A stretch of 64,000 nt of DNA from Octopus vulgaris (GCA_951406725.2 OX597824.1:48546001-48610000), one strand, 5' to 3'; numbered from the stretch's first letter, positions 29,416 through 44,597 are shown. The notes: generated from the sequence alone by a model not told the origin. Translations and numbers: made by a program.

Positions 29416-30038
29416 TCATTTCTATTATAGGTACAAAACCTGAAATTTTGGGGAGGAAGGTAGTCGATTATATTGAACTATGTCAGGTACTTATTTCATC
29501 AACCCCGAAAGGATGAAAAGCAAGGTTGACCTCGGCGGAATTTGAACTCATAACATGAAGACAGACGAAATACTGCTAAGCATTTTATCCGACGTGCTAA
29601 CGATTCTGCCAGCTTGCCGCCTTAATAATAAGAATAATAATTATTTAAAATTTTTGCCACAAGGGCAACTTGAAGGAGGTGGAAAGGAGTCAATAACATC
29701 GACCTCAGTGTGCAAGTGATACTTATTTTATCGACCCCGAGAGGATGAACGACAAAGTCGACCTCGGTAGAATTTGAACTCAGAACGTAGAGGCAGACAA
29801 AATACCTATTTCTTTATTACCCACAAGGGGCTAAACATAGAGTGGACAAGCAAGGACAGACATAGGTATTAAGTTGATTACATCGACCCCAGTGCGTAAC
29901 TGGTACTTAATTTATCGACCCCGAAAGGATAAAAGGCAAAGTCGACCTCGGCGGAATTTGAACTCACAACGTAACGGCAGACAAAATACCGCTAAGCATT
30001 TTGTCCGGCGTGCTGACGATTCGGCCAGCTAGCCGCCT
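29416..30038 (-). mobile_element. Cluster of three SINE family B copies
   Basis: Repeated aaaggcaaagtcgacctcggcggaatttgaactcag; heads end at ccgcctt next to (TAA)/(CAA) tracts. Confidence 0.85.
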
Positions 30039-30076
30039 TAACAACAACAACAACAATAATAATGATGATGATGATG

Positions 30077-30157
<81 letters not shown>

Positions 30158-30276
30158 TTGATAATAATCCTTTGTACTATAGGCAAAAGCCTGAAATTGT
30201 AGGGGGTGGTTCAACTCTAGTATTCGAATGGTTCTTTATTTTATTAATGATAATTATTATAATTTCATATGTATAA

Positions 30277-30385
<109 letters not shown>

Positions 30386-30480
30386 TATTTATATATATAT
30401 ATATATATATATATAAGTATATATATAAATATGTATATATAAATAAATATATATATATATAAATATTTATATATATATGT

Positions 30481-30515
<35 letters not shown>

Positions 30516-30554
30516 TCTATATATAAATATATAACATACATACATGTATATTTA

Positions 30555-30604
<50 letters not shown>

Positions 30605-31614
30605 CCTATCTATATATATATATATATATATATTGTAATTTGAATCATATTCGTCTTTCATTCTCTCGTCTCATAGTTATCCAAATTTTACTGTCTATAT
30701 CATTCTCCTACTAACTCTCTCTCTCTCTCTCGCTCGCTCGCTCGCTCTCGTTTCATGCACTTACATACATATATATACACTTATAGCCACATGCAGACAC
30801 ACATACAGACAAGCATATATATATATATATATACGCCTCTGTTTTTATATTTATTTCTCTCTATCTATCCATCTTATCCGTACAATCTTTCTATCCTTCT
30901 TTTTTCTGTTTGTTTCTTCCCTCTTTCTTTTCTTACCCGTCACTTTTACTATCTCTGTATGCTTTTCACGCTTTTTCTTTCAATGATTCTATTTTTTTTT
31001 CTTTCCACTCAATCTGTCTCTAACATATCCACATTTAATTTTTCTGTCTCTTTCTTTTTCCTTTCTCTTTCGCTCCATCTGTAAATCCCTCTTCTCTCTC
31101 TCCCTCTCTCCCTCTCTTACACACACATATGCACCGTCTCTCTCCTCTCTCTCTCTCACTTCTATTGTGTCTCCTTTCTTTTCAGATTCACATAGAAATG
31201 GGCAGAAGTTTCATACATATATACTCGAATTTATATAGATTCCTTCACATACTTACACCCACCAATGCTCTAGTCTATCATCTCTCACTACAGACCCATA
31301 TGCGCATATATTCCCGAGCATATACTCTCGCACATACGCCCTCTCACAGGTGCATAGACAGCCATCCATACTCACTTTCATCCATACACACAGACATAAA
31401 GACGACATAGCGATTGCACTATTGGCATACGATGCGCGTTCATTTTAGCTCTATGTTCCGTGCTGTGACGATGTGTTAATCACATGTCTGGGCACATGAT
31501 ATGCTTGGGAAACAGCAACAGTTGCTTTTACTATCAGGGACATATTGTTACATAAAACACTGATGGATGTATAGGAAGAAACAGTTGCATAGACAGACAG
31601 ACAAACAAGCAGGC

Positions 31615-31711
<97 letters not shown>

Positions 31712-31746
31712 TGTTTCTTTATTAGCCACACAGGGCTGCACACAGA
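31712..31746 (-). mobile_element. 35-bp 3' terminus of the Tx1-like LINE inside a (GATA)n array
   Basis: tgtttctttattagccacacagggctgcacacaga is identical to 34589-34623. Confidence 0.8.
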
Positions 31747-31832
31747 CAAGATAGATAGATGGATGGATAGATGGATAGATGGATGGATAGATAGATAGAT
31801 AGATGGATGGATGGATGGATCGATGGAACGAT

Positions 31833-31873
<41 letters not shown>

Positions 31874-31976
31874 CACACACACACACACACACACATATGT
31901 ATATATATATACAGACAGACAGACAGACAGACAGAAAAACAGATAGATAGATAGATAGATAGATAGACAGATAGAC

Positions 31977-32039
<63 letters not shown>

Positions 32040-32284
32040 AACAGAGATGAATAAGTTGATTGATTTCATCGATAGGTATATTATAGAACAGAGATATATG
32101 CATATTTGCTAGAAAATAGAGTTGAGAAGGTGGAGCAGTAGGCGTAGGGGAAGAAGGAGGAGGAAAACATAGTGTTTAGAGAATGGGGTGGAATTGTGTA
32201 GATTAATATACAGGTGAACTATTATGCATAGGTAAATATTTTTATGATTGAGAATGAATGTATATGTGTCTGTGTGCGTGTGTA

Positions 32285-32331
<47 letters not shown>

Positions 32332-32496
32332 AGGAGAGAGAAACGGAGAGTGAGGGAGCAGATGTACTCGTGCACGTGTGTGCAAATTGATCGATCGCTA
32401 CGTTATCTGTACACACACACACACACACGATATAAATGTGAGCGTGTGTGTGTGTGTGTTATATGTATATAATATAAATATATATGTATGTATTAT

Positions 32497-32623
32497 GTGG
32501 GAGTGCTGTAAGAAGCTTGTTTCCCAAACACATGGTTCCAGGTTCAGTCTCACGTCTACTATAACCTCAGGCTGACCAAAATCTTGTCAGTAAATTTGGT
32601 AGACGGAAACTGAAGGAAGCTTG

Positions 32624-32674
<51 letters not shown>

Positions 32675-32920
32675 CATACATATTAATATATATATGTTTG
32701 TGGATGTCTGTGTGTATTCGTGTCTGTGTTTGTCCCCCACTACCGCTTGATAACTGTTATCGGTGTGTTTACGTCTCTGTAACCTAGCGGTTCGGCAAAA
32801 AACATCAGTACGATAAATTTCAGGCTTTAAAAAATATAAGTATTGGGGTTGATATGTTTGACTAAAAATACTTCAAGGGGTGCCCCAGCATGGCCCCACT
32901 CTGAAACAAGTAAAAGATAA
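32497..32920 (+). mobile_element. SINE family A (internally deleted)
   Basis: Homology to the family A head, body and 3' end. Confidence 0.75.
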
Positions 32921-33729
32921 AAGGTATAGCAAAAGAGAGAAAGAGGGGGGAAGAAAGAGGAAGTGAAGTTACATATATACACATGTACACACTCAACCAC
33001 ACACATACACACACACACACACACACAAACACATATGTATTTGCATACATATTTGTATGGTTCAGGCACACAGTCACAGGAACACAGAGTCACACTCGCG
33101 TGCTCACTCTTCCCACTACATTCATAAAGATCGCTCTCATCGCGAAACGCAGATTGTACATTAGCGAATGTACAATCGTTAAGCATGACTTGGAATACAT
33201 ATTCGCTGAATATATTCAGTATGAAGTAGTCTCCTTTGACTGCGCTCACCATCTTAAAATTATTCTGCTTGTCATTACGTTACTTAGCCCGTCCGTAACG
33301 CTTTCACGTGATCAGAGAAAAAGAGGAAGAAAGAGAATGAGGAGAGAGAAAAAGGGGATGAGGCGAAGAGTGAAGCAGAAAGAGAGAAAAAGAGAAAGAG
33401 GAAGAGAGAAAAGACGAAGAGAGAAGTGTCCATGACGTGTGGTTGGAGGAACGTAATATTTATTACGTGGTTAAAAAAGTTAGTTGAAGGTAGTGATACA
33501 GAGGAGAATTAGGAATATAAATTTAGGAGAGAGGTGATGTTCTAATGGTGAAATTAGAGAAAGGCACAGAGAGAGGGGGATGGAGAGAGCGAGGTGAGAG
33601 AGAGGGAGAGAGAGCGGGGAGAGAGGAAGAGAGAGATAATGGTGGTAGTGGTGAAGTTGGCGATGGTGAGTGCATAGTGAAAAGTAATTTCTTTTGTTTT
33701 AAATGAACCAAGTTTTTTTATATCATATA

Positions 33730-34447
33730 TCACTTAATGCATGTGCATCCCAAACTTGCCATTCACTTTAGAAAGAAACCAATTTTCCGTTCGCCTGTTA
33801 TATGCAATGACTATCAATGAATCACAAGGGCAGACATTTGATAAAGTGGGTCTGTTCTTACCTGAACCCTGTATTCTGCCATGGTCAGCTATGTCTTACA
33901 TTCACAAGGGCTTGCAAATTATGTGATGTGAGACAAACAAAGGAAAAGAACAGGAAGTCTGCAAAGAAGTATTGAATTGAAAGGCATACGCAAATTGAAA
34001 TGTGTATTGGCTCTGACCCATCGCCTTGTCTTATAAGTTAGCAACGATATAGTTTTCAGAGTATGCCACGTTGCATTTAATTTTTACCTCCGTGAAATTC
34101 TGACCCCTACATTTTGCATGTAAAATAATTTTTTTACTATAAAATTTTTGTTTTCTACGTGTGACCACGTAAGTTTTAGAATGTAATTTATTCTGTTTGT
34201 GGGCAAAATGGAAAAATAAGAGTGAATATTTATTTTATGAATGCTGTGTATCAGGTTTATAAAATTGCGCATTAAGTATATATATATATAATGCATTAAG
34301 TAATCATCGTATTCCAATGTCCTTCACTTTTCAATGAACAGCAGATGAGCGACTATCTTTTAATACAGGCACAACACGGGCTAACCTTTTAGGTTTTTTG
34401 GTTTAAGTTTACTACTAATTCTGTGAAATATTCACGTGCCCCGCTAG
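33730..34447 (+). mobile_element. Helitron remnant with PIF1-type helicase C-terminal fragment
   Basis: LPFTLERNQFSVRLLYAMTINESQGQTFDKVGLFLPEP, frameshifting into HGQL; region ends in CTAG|T at 34444-34447. Confidence 0.75.
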
Positions 34448-34482
34448 TATAAATAAATATATTACGTATGTATGTATGTATG

Positions 34483-34516
<34 letters not shown>

Positions 34517-34588
34517 TGTATGTATGTATGTATGTATGTATGTATGTATGTATGTATGTATATATATAGAGAGAGACAGAGATAGATA

Positions 34589-36166
34589 TGTTTCTTTATT
34601 AGCCACACAGGGCTGCACACAGATAGAACAAATTACAAGGTAGAGCTTTTCTTTTGAAGGTTTAAAAAAAAAAAAAAAAAAAAGGGGGAGTTTCGATCAA
34701 AAGGGATCGTAAAAGGAGAGAAAGAGGACAAAAAAAGGGGGTTAAAAAAAAAGGGGGAGAGGAAAAAAAATTGATCAATAGGGATCGTTATCACAGAAAT
34801 GTCAATATGAAGTGTAAAGGGGAGGACAGGTGAGGTTTACCCGTGGAAAGAAAAGCCTACGGAAAAGACCACGGTAACCTCGGTCAATGAAGTCACATTT
34901 TATATTTCTTTTTTTTTTTTTGCAAATAAGCAACTCTCTGTTTTCGATTTCTGGGTTCATAGGACTATGCTCAAGGTGGCTTCGTCATTCATACGTGCCA
35001 TTCTTGCTACATTCACCCATCTTTTTTTAAAACATTCGCTAGACAAAACTTGCCTCTCTACTCTCACTTTCCTTTTCAAGTGGTACTTGAAGAAGTTGAT
35101 GAGAGATTGACCAGAGAGGAAAGTGTTTGTCTCCAATCCTTTCAGACGCGTCCACCAGATACATTCTTTCGCCATAGCCACAAGGATGATGAAAATAGCT
35201 CTTCCTTCCCGTTTGAAGGAAGGAGGCGTGACAATATTGACGATAGACTCAGCTGATAAACCGACTCGTCCCACACGTGACAGCAGTTGTTCGACATAAG
35301 CCCACAGGTCGGAAATTGTTGGACACTGAACGAGTGCGTGCAGAACGGTTTCGTCGCTCTGACCGCATCTCGGGCAGGTCGGCCCCGTGTTTCTCGAGCC
35401 GTGTCTGTAGAGCTTATCCCGAATGGGTAGCGCTTCTCGGTAGCACTGCCAGGCCAGGGATCTCTGGAAGTTGTCCATGGGCCCTGGCCCGAAAGTCGTC
35501 CTGAACAGGCGGGTCAGGTACTCCTCGTCGACGTCCAGGTTCGCCCCGAGCTCGTCGTCGTACCTCCCCTCCACTAAACCCCTATAGAATGCTTTGGTTG
35601 TGTTGAAGTCACTTAAGGTCGACCCAGGACGGCAGAGTTGCTTGAGAGCAACGCGACACTCGCGGTGCCATTCGCCCTTCCTCGGCCTCTTTTTGATCCA
35701 CGACTGCAGTTCGGTCATGGAGACGAGCTGCGGGAAAGCGTGCCTCACAAACGGCGACCACACCTGTTCACCGTCGTCTACATAGAGCCAGAGATGCCGC
35801 AGTCTCAGCGCGTGTCTGCGCATCATCAACCACGGCATGCCCAGCCCTCCTTTTAACGGGTGTTGACAGCAAATGGATCGCCTGACCATCGGGACGCATC
35901 CTTTCCACAAGAAGCGAAAGAGGATGCGTTGTAGTTTGGTGATGGTAGGGTCGGGACAAGGTACGACGGTCAGGCGGTAGTAGATGACGGACGCGATGTA
36001 CGTGTTCGCCACCTCCGCTCGACTTTTTAGGGACAGTTTCCTCTCGGCCCATTGCCGGGCGAGAGTGACCACCCTACTCGTTATCTCGTTCCAGTTCTTC
36101 TCCACTTGGAGGTCCGGACCAAACCAGACCCCGAGCAACTCAACCGGGCCGTCGGTCCAGCGTCCC
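34589..36166 (-). mobile_element. Tx1/L1-clade LINE, 5'-truncated, apparently young
   Basis: Open ORF to 34957 (LGVWFG..RAEVANTYIASVIYY..HPLKGGLGMP..CPRC..ETVLHALVQC), GC-rich, pyrimidine-rich 3' UTR, AATAAA near the end; both ends abut GATA repeats. Confidence 0.9.
34957..36165 (-). CDS. Partial ORF2 (RT thumb + CCHC zinc knuckle, zf-RVT-like) of the Tx1/L1 LINE
   Basis: About 400 uninterrupted codons, 5'-truncated at the (GATA)n junction. Confidence 0.8.
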   Translation of the reverse strand, partial: GRWTDGPVELLGVWFGPDLQVEKNWNEITSRVVTLARQWAERKLSLKSRAEVANTYIASVIYYRLTVVPCPDPTITKLQRILFRFLWKGCVPMVRRSICCQHPLKGGLGMPWLMMRRHALRLRHLWLYVDDGEQVWSPFVRHAFPQLVSMTELQSWIKKRPRKGEWHRECRVALKQLCRPGSTLSDFNTTKAFYRGLVEGRYDDELGANLDVDEEYLTRLFRTTFGPGPMDNFQRSLAWQCYREALPIRDKLYRHGSRNTGPTCPRCGQSDETVLHALVQCPTISDLWAYVEQLLSRVGRVGLSAESIVNIVTPPSFKREGRAIFIILVAMAKECIWWTRLKGLETNTFLSGQSLINFFKYHLKRKVRVERQVLSSECFKKRWVNVARMARMNDEATLSIVL

Positions 36167-36910
<744 letters not shown>

Positions 36911-36944
36911 GGAACGGTGAAGAAGAATAGGGAAGGGTGGCTAC

Positions 36945-37150
36945 GGCTACGACGTTGCACTTACGATCGCAAGGTCGTGGTTTCGATTTCCAGATAGTGG
37001 ATGCATTGTGATTTTGAGCGAAGCACTTCATTTCGCATTGTTCTAGTTCGTTCAAATGGATATCTGACATTACGATCGGTTTGCCCAGCTAGCCAGCAGG
37101 ATGGCATTCGGAAAGCGCATTTTGAGCAATAGTCTGGTCGATGCAGTGAC
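36945..37150 (+). mobile_element. SINE family C (diverged)
   Basis: tRNA-like head gttgcacttacgatcgcaaggtcgtggtttcgatt followed by gagc.aagcacttcatttc.cattg.tc.agt. Confidence 0.6.
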
Positions 37151-37187
37151 ACAGTGATATATGTGTGTGTGTGTGTGTTGTGTGTGT

Positions 37188-37276
<89 letters not shown>

Positions 37277-37484
37277 AGACAAATAATAGAAAATAGACTG
37301 CACGACATTCTTTATTTATAAATCACTACAATTGATTCGACATGTTTGTATACTTGTAGCACATTGGTGAAATGATATAATTAACGTGTAACCACTATCA
37401 TCCATCCTAGGTGTAAAATGTGTGTTTTCTGTTGATTGTTTAAATAAGTTCTTCGTTAGATCATAACCTCATTTCACTCAGTGT

Positions 37485-38027
37485 GAGAATTCCTTTTGTT
37501 ATGTTCAGTCTAAGGAATTCACAGTGTTTTTTGGGCGATTAAAGTCCCTGTGAGCATATATGTATACAATTATGTGCTTTCCCTACCGCATTAGAACATT
37601 TTAACTCTTATTTCTAGAAGCGTAGGTGCCTTGACACTCTTAGTCGCATTTAGTGGCAATTATATTTTTCCTTTATGGTAACACATTGTGTATGACTGTT
37701 TATGTTAATTTTTGTACACGCACTAGCAATTCGCTAAATCAGCCATAAATTTTTATAGTAAATATATATATGCTGACGGTGCATTAAGCCCGGAGACAGC
37801 CGAAAGAGCGGTCCTTAACGAAGAGGCTACGGAAACAGCCGAAACTGAACGTTCAGTCTAAGGAATTCTCGAGTCAGTGTTTTGGAGTAATTGCAGTCCC
37901 TGTGAGCACATATATATACAATTATGTGCTTTTCCTACAGCATAAGAACATTTTAGATCTTATTTCTAGCAATGAAGATGTCTTGACACCCTTAGTGGAA
38001 TTTAGTGATAATTGTATTTTCCCTTTA
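37485..38027 (+). repeat. Tandem ~348-nt unit carrying a hammerhead motif (retrozyme/pLTR-like)
   Basis: 37503-37676 and 37851-38027 are ~80% identical direct repeats; hammerhead fold at 37812-37864. Confidence 0.7.
37812..37864 (+). ncRNA. Type I hammerhead ribozyme fold with altered core (ACGAAGA)
   Basis: tcctta-ACGAAGA-GGCT acggaaac AGCC-GAAA-CTGAAC GTTCAG-TC-taagga: stems I, II and III all pair, GUC triplet. Confidence 0.65.
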
Positions 38028-38119
38028 TAAATTGCGCATGGATATTTATATTAATGTGTATACATACATACATACATACATACATACATACATACATACA
38101 TACATACATACATACATAC

Positions 38120-38179
38120 AGTTTAGAAACCGGTTCTTTCTTTATTGGCAAGAAATCTTGAAATAAAACTGAACAATGA
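38120..38179 (+). mobile_element. Probable 3' terminus of the R4/Dong family embedded in (CATA)n
   Basis: gtttagaaaccggttctttctttattggcaa..aatgac resembles 6943-6980 (ggctaggaaccgactctttcgctcttggtaa.aatgac); (CATA)n on both sides. Confidence 0.55.
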
Positions 38180-39428
38180 CATACATACATACACGCATAC
38201 ACAGATACATACATACATACATACATACATACATACATACATACATACACACACATTAAAGCACTAACCAATTTACAATTGACGTTCGTCTTTGCGTATC
38301 TTAGTTTCACCATTGATATCCCAACAGATGACATCCAACATGTATGATACTGTAGTTGAACACGCAGTAGTCAATAAATACTCTTTATTGTTTCAGATGA
38401 ATTGTTTAAAATGTATTGCACTGATCATATTAGTTGTCCATTACCCATACACAAAAGAAACAGTTGCATTTATGTGTTGCTATCGCCAATTTTAAATGGA
38501 ATAAGTCATTACATATGACATATCTTCGATCATTTATAAGAGAAATGTATTTTATTACGCAGCTGAACGAATGCCAAGTACGAACGATAAAAATCAAACT
38601 CAAGCAACAATAATTAGCTTTAATTAACTAAAAATTTGCTGACATCTACCAAATCACAAATGACTTAATAATTACATGATTATATTCTTTTTTTATCTTC
38701 TCTTTTCATAAGTTTCCTTTTGTGGAAAAATACATATTCAAATCAATTTCTAGATTTTCCAGACTATATATCGCATGTCGTAACAGTTAATATATATTAG
38801 ACATGACAAATATAAGCATGTACATGTGGAAAGTGTACGGCCTGTGAAACCCAACGATTCAGCCCCTTTTTACTGATATTATCAATAAAAGAACATATTT
38901 AGTTTAAAGATGGCGGTTCCTCACTATGTCTGTGCTAATTTTAATTAAACTCACATTGATACGAGGGTAGCGTATTTTACAATTCGGCGTAGAGTTAAGT
39001 GTGAAGTAGAGGGAATACCTAGGAAGGTTCTTTGCTTTTAGAGTTGACTTAATAAACATGATATTAAATATTATGTCAATATATGTTGTGATGCTGATGA
39101 ATGCTGGACAAAAATTATTTATTCTGGTAACCTTCCAATCTTCTTAATAAAATATTTACGATGTATTACTTTTTAAATCAATCTAATGTTTTCCCGGTAT
39201 ATTTTACAGCGATCACAGCTGGTAATAACGATTTATTAAATAACTGCTATCTGTTTGTTTTTTCCCAAGAGAAAGATGTCGGTTGCTGAGAGATATGCCA
39301 AGAGAGAGGCTAGATAAGCTTATCAAAAGTAAATGGACGCCGGATTTTGATTTTTGCAGTACCAGGACTGCCTCTGGAGTGCTGAATTCTGGCACTATCT
39401 GCTAATTTGCGTCTCCATCAAGAATTCA

Positions 39429-39569
<141 letters not shown>

Positions 39570-41397
39570 CATATATATATCAAACTGTTGTGATAAACAT
39601 GTTTACGAATTATGCTTGATAAAAAAAAAGTTCTGGAGTTGTTAAAGCAGAGTTCTGCACAATCCATCAACAATCATTTTTGTCTCTATTGAATTTCGTT
39701 CAAGTCAGTGCTGTTTCGTAGTACCTGAGATATAAGGAGGAAACATTTATCAATTCAAAGCTATTTGGGGAATAAGTTATTGTATTACAGCTGAAAACAG
39801 TGACATGGAAGCAATTCCCTACCGACAATAACTGAAATTTCGATATATCTTGATTTCAGTCTAAATAGTTGTTGTTGTTGTTGTTGATGATGATGATGTT
39901 TTACTGATACTGTTTAACCCCACGTCGTTATCTAATCGACCAAAACCATGATCAAAGATCTAGTCATCTGGTTGTATATCAGACACTTGAGCGTCCAACA
40001 TATATGCTATACTCTTGGGGTGAAAAGAAACCAAAATTGTGTCTTTATTGAATTTGATTCGGTATGGTACAATTTAGGGGAGATTTCGTTGGTATTCTTA
40101 AGAGGGTGATCGATCGTATTGACACTCTCTCTAGTTATTCAATACTCTACAAAAGGTTTGGTGTGCTTTCTATGTCATTTACAGTTTAACCTGCTATCCA
40201 GGTGTTAAATGTAGTACTCTGACAGTACCGAAGGTACTTTATTGTTTAATGTCAAATTATACTACGTTAGAATACGTTTAGTATTATACATCATGTAAGA
40301 TAAAATTTCCGTGATGATTCATTCTTTAGATAATTATTGGCTACATTAGATTAACCGATGACTTAATGTGGTGTTGGATACCCAGATAAGTGAGTCGATA
40401 GCTCTTTATTTTCATCAACACTGAGTCAAACTTTCTGGTCATTTGTTCGTAAAAACAGAGAGAAAGAGAGAGAGGGTGGAGATAAAGCGAGGGATGGGAG
40501 AGAGAGAGTTAAAAGAGAATGGAGAGTAGAGGGAGAGAGATGGAGAGAGTGAGTGGTGACTTGTTGAACGAAAGAGTGTTGTGATTAGTGCAGCGGTTCT
40601 CTAGAGTTTTTGTTTTGTTTTTGCTAAACCCTACTCTTTTGGACTTTAACCTACTTTGTTGTCCCCTCCTCATAGACACAATTAGTATTTAATCATTTGT
40701 AAGATTTATTAATTGTAACCGTGTCGTATAAAAATAAAGTGTTATTAGTAGCTTAAAAAAACAACCATTTCCATGTAAATAAAATTGTGATTAACAAATA
40801 CAATTCTACAAAGGCGTGCATATGCTGTAGGGCCATATACTCTAAGGACTGGCAAACAGTAATTTTAATAATGTCTACTTTGTTCATTGAAAAAATTCTA
40901 AGGAACCTTGACGAAACTTGTAACATAAGGCTGTGACATTGTTAGCGGTAAACCCCGTTTCTTTACAATATCAAGGTGACTGCAAACGTTTGATAATACG
41001 TAAACCACCAGACTAAAGTCACATTCAGCAAGATACGAAATGGGAAAAGTAATTACATTCGAATTCACTTTAAAGTGGAAACTTCCGAAGACCATTGTTA
41101 GTTTTCTGTAAATCGCATTTACCACGATCGTATCTAGCTTGTTTGATCATTCTTCAAGTCCAATGAGGCTTTGCTACAATGTAATGTCAACAACAGCTAT
41201 GTATACCCCAGTGGATTTACTACTCTATTCGGAATGCTTCACATCTAACAATTTCCTGAATTGAATTCCTATATCACTGTACGAATGCGCAAAATACTCA
41301 ACATACATCTTTCAGTTCAGTGCCAATGGTACTCAGGGGCTAGAAACTGCATCGACTCGTGACAACGTATATTCATTATGAATAACTTTTGGAAATC

Positions 41398-41580
41398 GGT
41401 GGGCTGGCTGAATCGTTAGCACGCCGGACAAAATGCTTAGCGTCATTTCATCCGTCTTTACTTTCTGAGTTCAAATTCCGCCGAAGCTGACTTTGCTTTT
41501 CATTCTTTCCGGATCAATAAAATAAGTACCAGTTGACTACTGAGGTCGAGCTTATCAGCTTACCCACTCCCTCGAAATTA
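41398..41580 (+). mobile_element. SINE family B
   Basis: ctggctgaatcgttagcacgccggacaaaatgcttagc..ttctgagttcaaattccgccga. Confidence 0.8.
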
Positions 41581-42261
41581 TAAATAGTTTTTCAATGGAA
41601 GCACTAACAGCTACTTTACGAGATGTATAGATTACAATTTCCTCTTTGTAACTATTTCAAAATAAACTAGGAAGTTTCAACCAACTGTTCACGAAGATAT
41701 TTACTCTTCAGAAATGAGACAATACAATCCCAAAGTAACGTAAAGGAACGAAGGCAATTAACTTTGACAAGTCATCGTATCTCTGCTATTCATCAGTAAA
41801 CGATTAAACGTTCTTTCTGGATAATTCGAAATGTAAAAATATAATTCTTTATCGTTCTTTCTTTCATCTTTCTTTTTTCTTTTTTGATAAACCTTCTTTT
41901 ACAAATCAAACGATCAAAAAAGCGTTATGTAGTACATTATTAGTTAATTAAGCAGTGCATGCATTTTTATACAAATTAAACGAGCAAGTTTGTCAGTGTC
42001 TGAGTTTGTAGACATTATAAATAGCAACAAGCTGCAAATCTCTTTCTGTGTACAAAAGATAGATATAATTTCTTTAATAAAAGTCTAAGTGAGACTGGAA
42101 ATTAATCAGATCAATACAACCACATAATTTGCTTTCGACGGCGAGTCTAAAACTATGTTATCAAAAGTGTCATACCTTGCTTTACATTTCAACTCCGGAA
42201 CACACATATACACACTTACACACACGCCTCCATCCCTACAAACACGTATATGTATGTATAG

Positions 42262-42420
42262 GTGGAGACAAGAATGTGTGATTGAAAACCTTATGTCGTA
42301 ACTTCGTGGTTTCGGGTTCAGTCCCACTGTGTGACACGTTGGACAAATGCCTCCTACTAAAACCCTGAGTGGACCATTACCTAGTGGGTGAGTTTGGAAG
42401 ACTGTGTAGAAGCCTGTCAT
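42262..42420 (+). mobile_element. SINE family A 5' half (diverged)
   Basis: cgggttcagtcccactg.gtgacac.ttggacaa.tg.ctcctacta. Confidence 0.6.
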
Positions 42421-42539
42421 ACACACACACACACGCGTGCGCACAGACGCACACGCACACACATATACATTCATACACACACAAATATATGTATGAATAT
42501 ATACGTGCGTTTGTCTCACGGTGTATCAATCCATGGTTG

Positions 42540-42810
42540 TTTCCACTTCCCACTCGTGAGACGTGGACCTTGTACAGCCAGGACGTTCAAGAACGGGTCG
42601 AACTCAACAGCATTGAGTCTATCATCATTAAATTTTGATTTTATCATCATTAAACATCACCTCAGATGGGCAGGTCTTATTCACCTCATGCCACAGACTG
42701 GCACATTAAATCCTGTACAGCGAACTCAGTACCGAGAAGTGATCACGTGGCTGCCTCATATTACGCTATAAAGACCAACTGAAATAAATAATGAAGGATA
42801 CCAAAATCGA
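42540..42810 (+). mobile_element. RTE-BovB LINE fragment
   Basis: ETWTLY..VQERVELNSIESIIIK..HLRWAGLI.LMP..LYSEL..RYKDQLK; small internal duplication tatcatcattaaa. Confidence 0.7.
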
Positions 42811-43955
42811 ACACCAATTTCACTCACAATATATTGATCCATATCTATATCTTTAAATCACAAGATATGGATCGATTCGAGGCTATGGAAAAATGATATT
42901 TACCTAATATATCACACAGTTAGATAAAAGTTTGTACCATGAAATTACGAAACAAACTTCTTCAGTTTATGCCCATGCAGCGCCTAGAAAAAGTAAATGA
43001 AAAGTTGAAAAATTGATGAGAGAATTAGGAGTAGAGCAAAAGAACGAAATAAATGAGATATAAATATAATGGGAAGATTAATGAATGATTGAATGTCTAT
43101 ATAAAAGACCTGAAAGCGTAGAATTTACAAAATGATTGGGTGTAAAACGGAATGGGAATAAATAGTTGAGAATGTATCAATAAATATAAACAAAATGGTT
43201 GACTAATTAATCAGATGGTTGAAGTAAAGAGAGTAGCAAAATAAGGTAGAAAAGTGTTCTTTGCTGGATATTATAAGTGAATGAAAGATGAATAATTACC
43301 ATTGCTCTTATCATAGTCCACGCAAGCATTTGTTCATAGGGGTCAATTTAATTGCCCTTATTGCCATTATTTCACCACCCATCACTATGTCTAATTCATC
43401 ATCGCGATGTAGGTGGTCGCCATTATCGTTAACATTACCGTTTATCCTAGCTGCCATTATATGTATGCGCGCCATCATCATTGTCATCAGCAGCGAGTGT
43501 CATTATGGCTACTATTGGCATCGTCATTGACACGGCCTTTATATTGGTCCTTTGTGGTCGTGATGCTCTCTCATTAACGTTTAACCCAAGACAATTTTCA
43601 ATTCAGTACTTAGTATGTATTACATACACAACACATAGTAGAAGATCGCGTTGTGTGTTGTATAATGGAAGATATAAAATTCGTTAATATCTTCAACTAC
43701 TGTCACTGATCAGTAGTTTCTGATTGGCTCTGCGAACAGCGTTTTGTGTGGTGGCTGACTATTCCGAGTTCAAATACAGGTAAAGGGATAAAGTTCATTT
43801 GACCTTTTATTACACGAAAGAAATTTTCTTTTATTTCTTGGCTTGATTCAGTCATTCGACTGTGGCCAAGCTGGAGTAACGTCTCCTAGAGTAAGTCGTG
43901 CGAATCACTTCCAGCATTTATTGAAAGTTTGGTACTTCGCATATATATGCGTGTG

Positions 43956-44015
<60 letters not shown>

Positions 44016-44024
44016 TAGATAGAG

Positions 44025-44083
<59 letters not shown>

Positions 44084-44162
44084 AAGATAGATAGATAGAT
44101 TTACTATGGTACTATGTATGTGTGTATAAAAATAAACGGTATTTATATGTGTGTGTGTGTAC

Positions 44163-44240
<78 letters not shown>

Positions 44241-44563
44241 TGAGCGTACATAAGTATATGCATATATGAAGTGTGGGTGTGGGGGTGTGTGTCTATGTGT
44301 GTGCATGTGCGTGTGTGTGTATGTGTGTGTGTATGTGTGCGTGTGTGCATGTGAGTAAAGACTTTGTTATATGCACACAAAGAAAGATGAACTTAGTGAA
44401 TAAGCAGCGTGAACGAAACAGGAAAACGATAACAAAAGTACGAGACAGGTTGATAGATGGATACATTAGTGATGTGAGCCCCCTGTTTCATCATGCATAC
44501 ATATGTGCGTCTATGTATATATACAGCACAACACACACATGGACGAACACACACAAATATCAT

Positions 44564-44597
<34 letters not shown>

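Noticed and set aside
40591-41340. cagcggttctc resembling a hAT/Charlie TIR (similar word at 50960)
   Set aside because: No matching opposite TIR, 8-bp TSD or transposase motif could be found.
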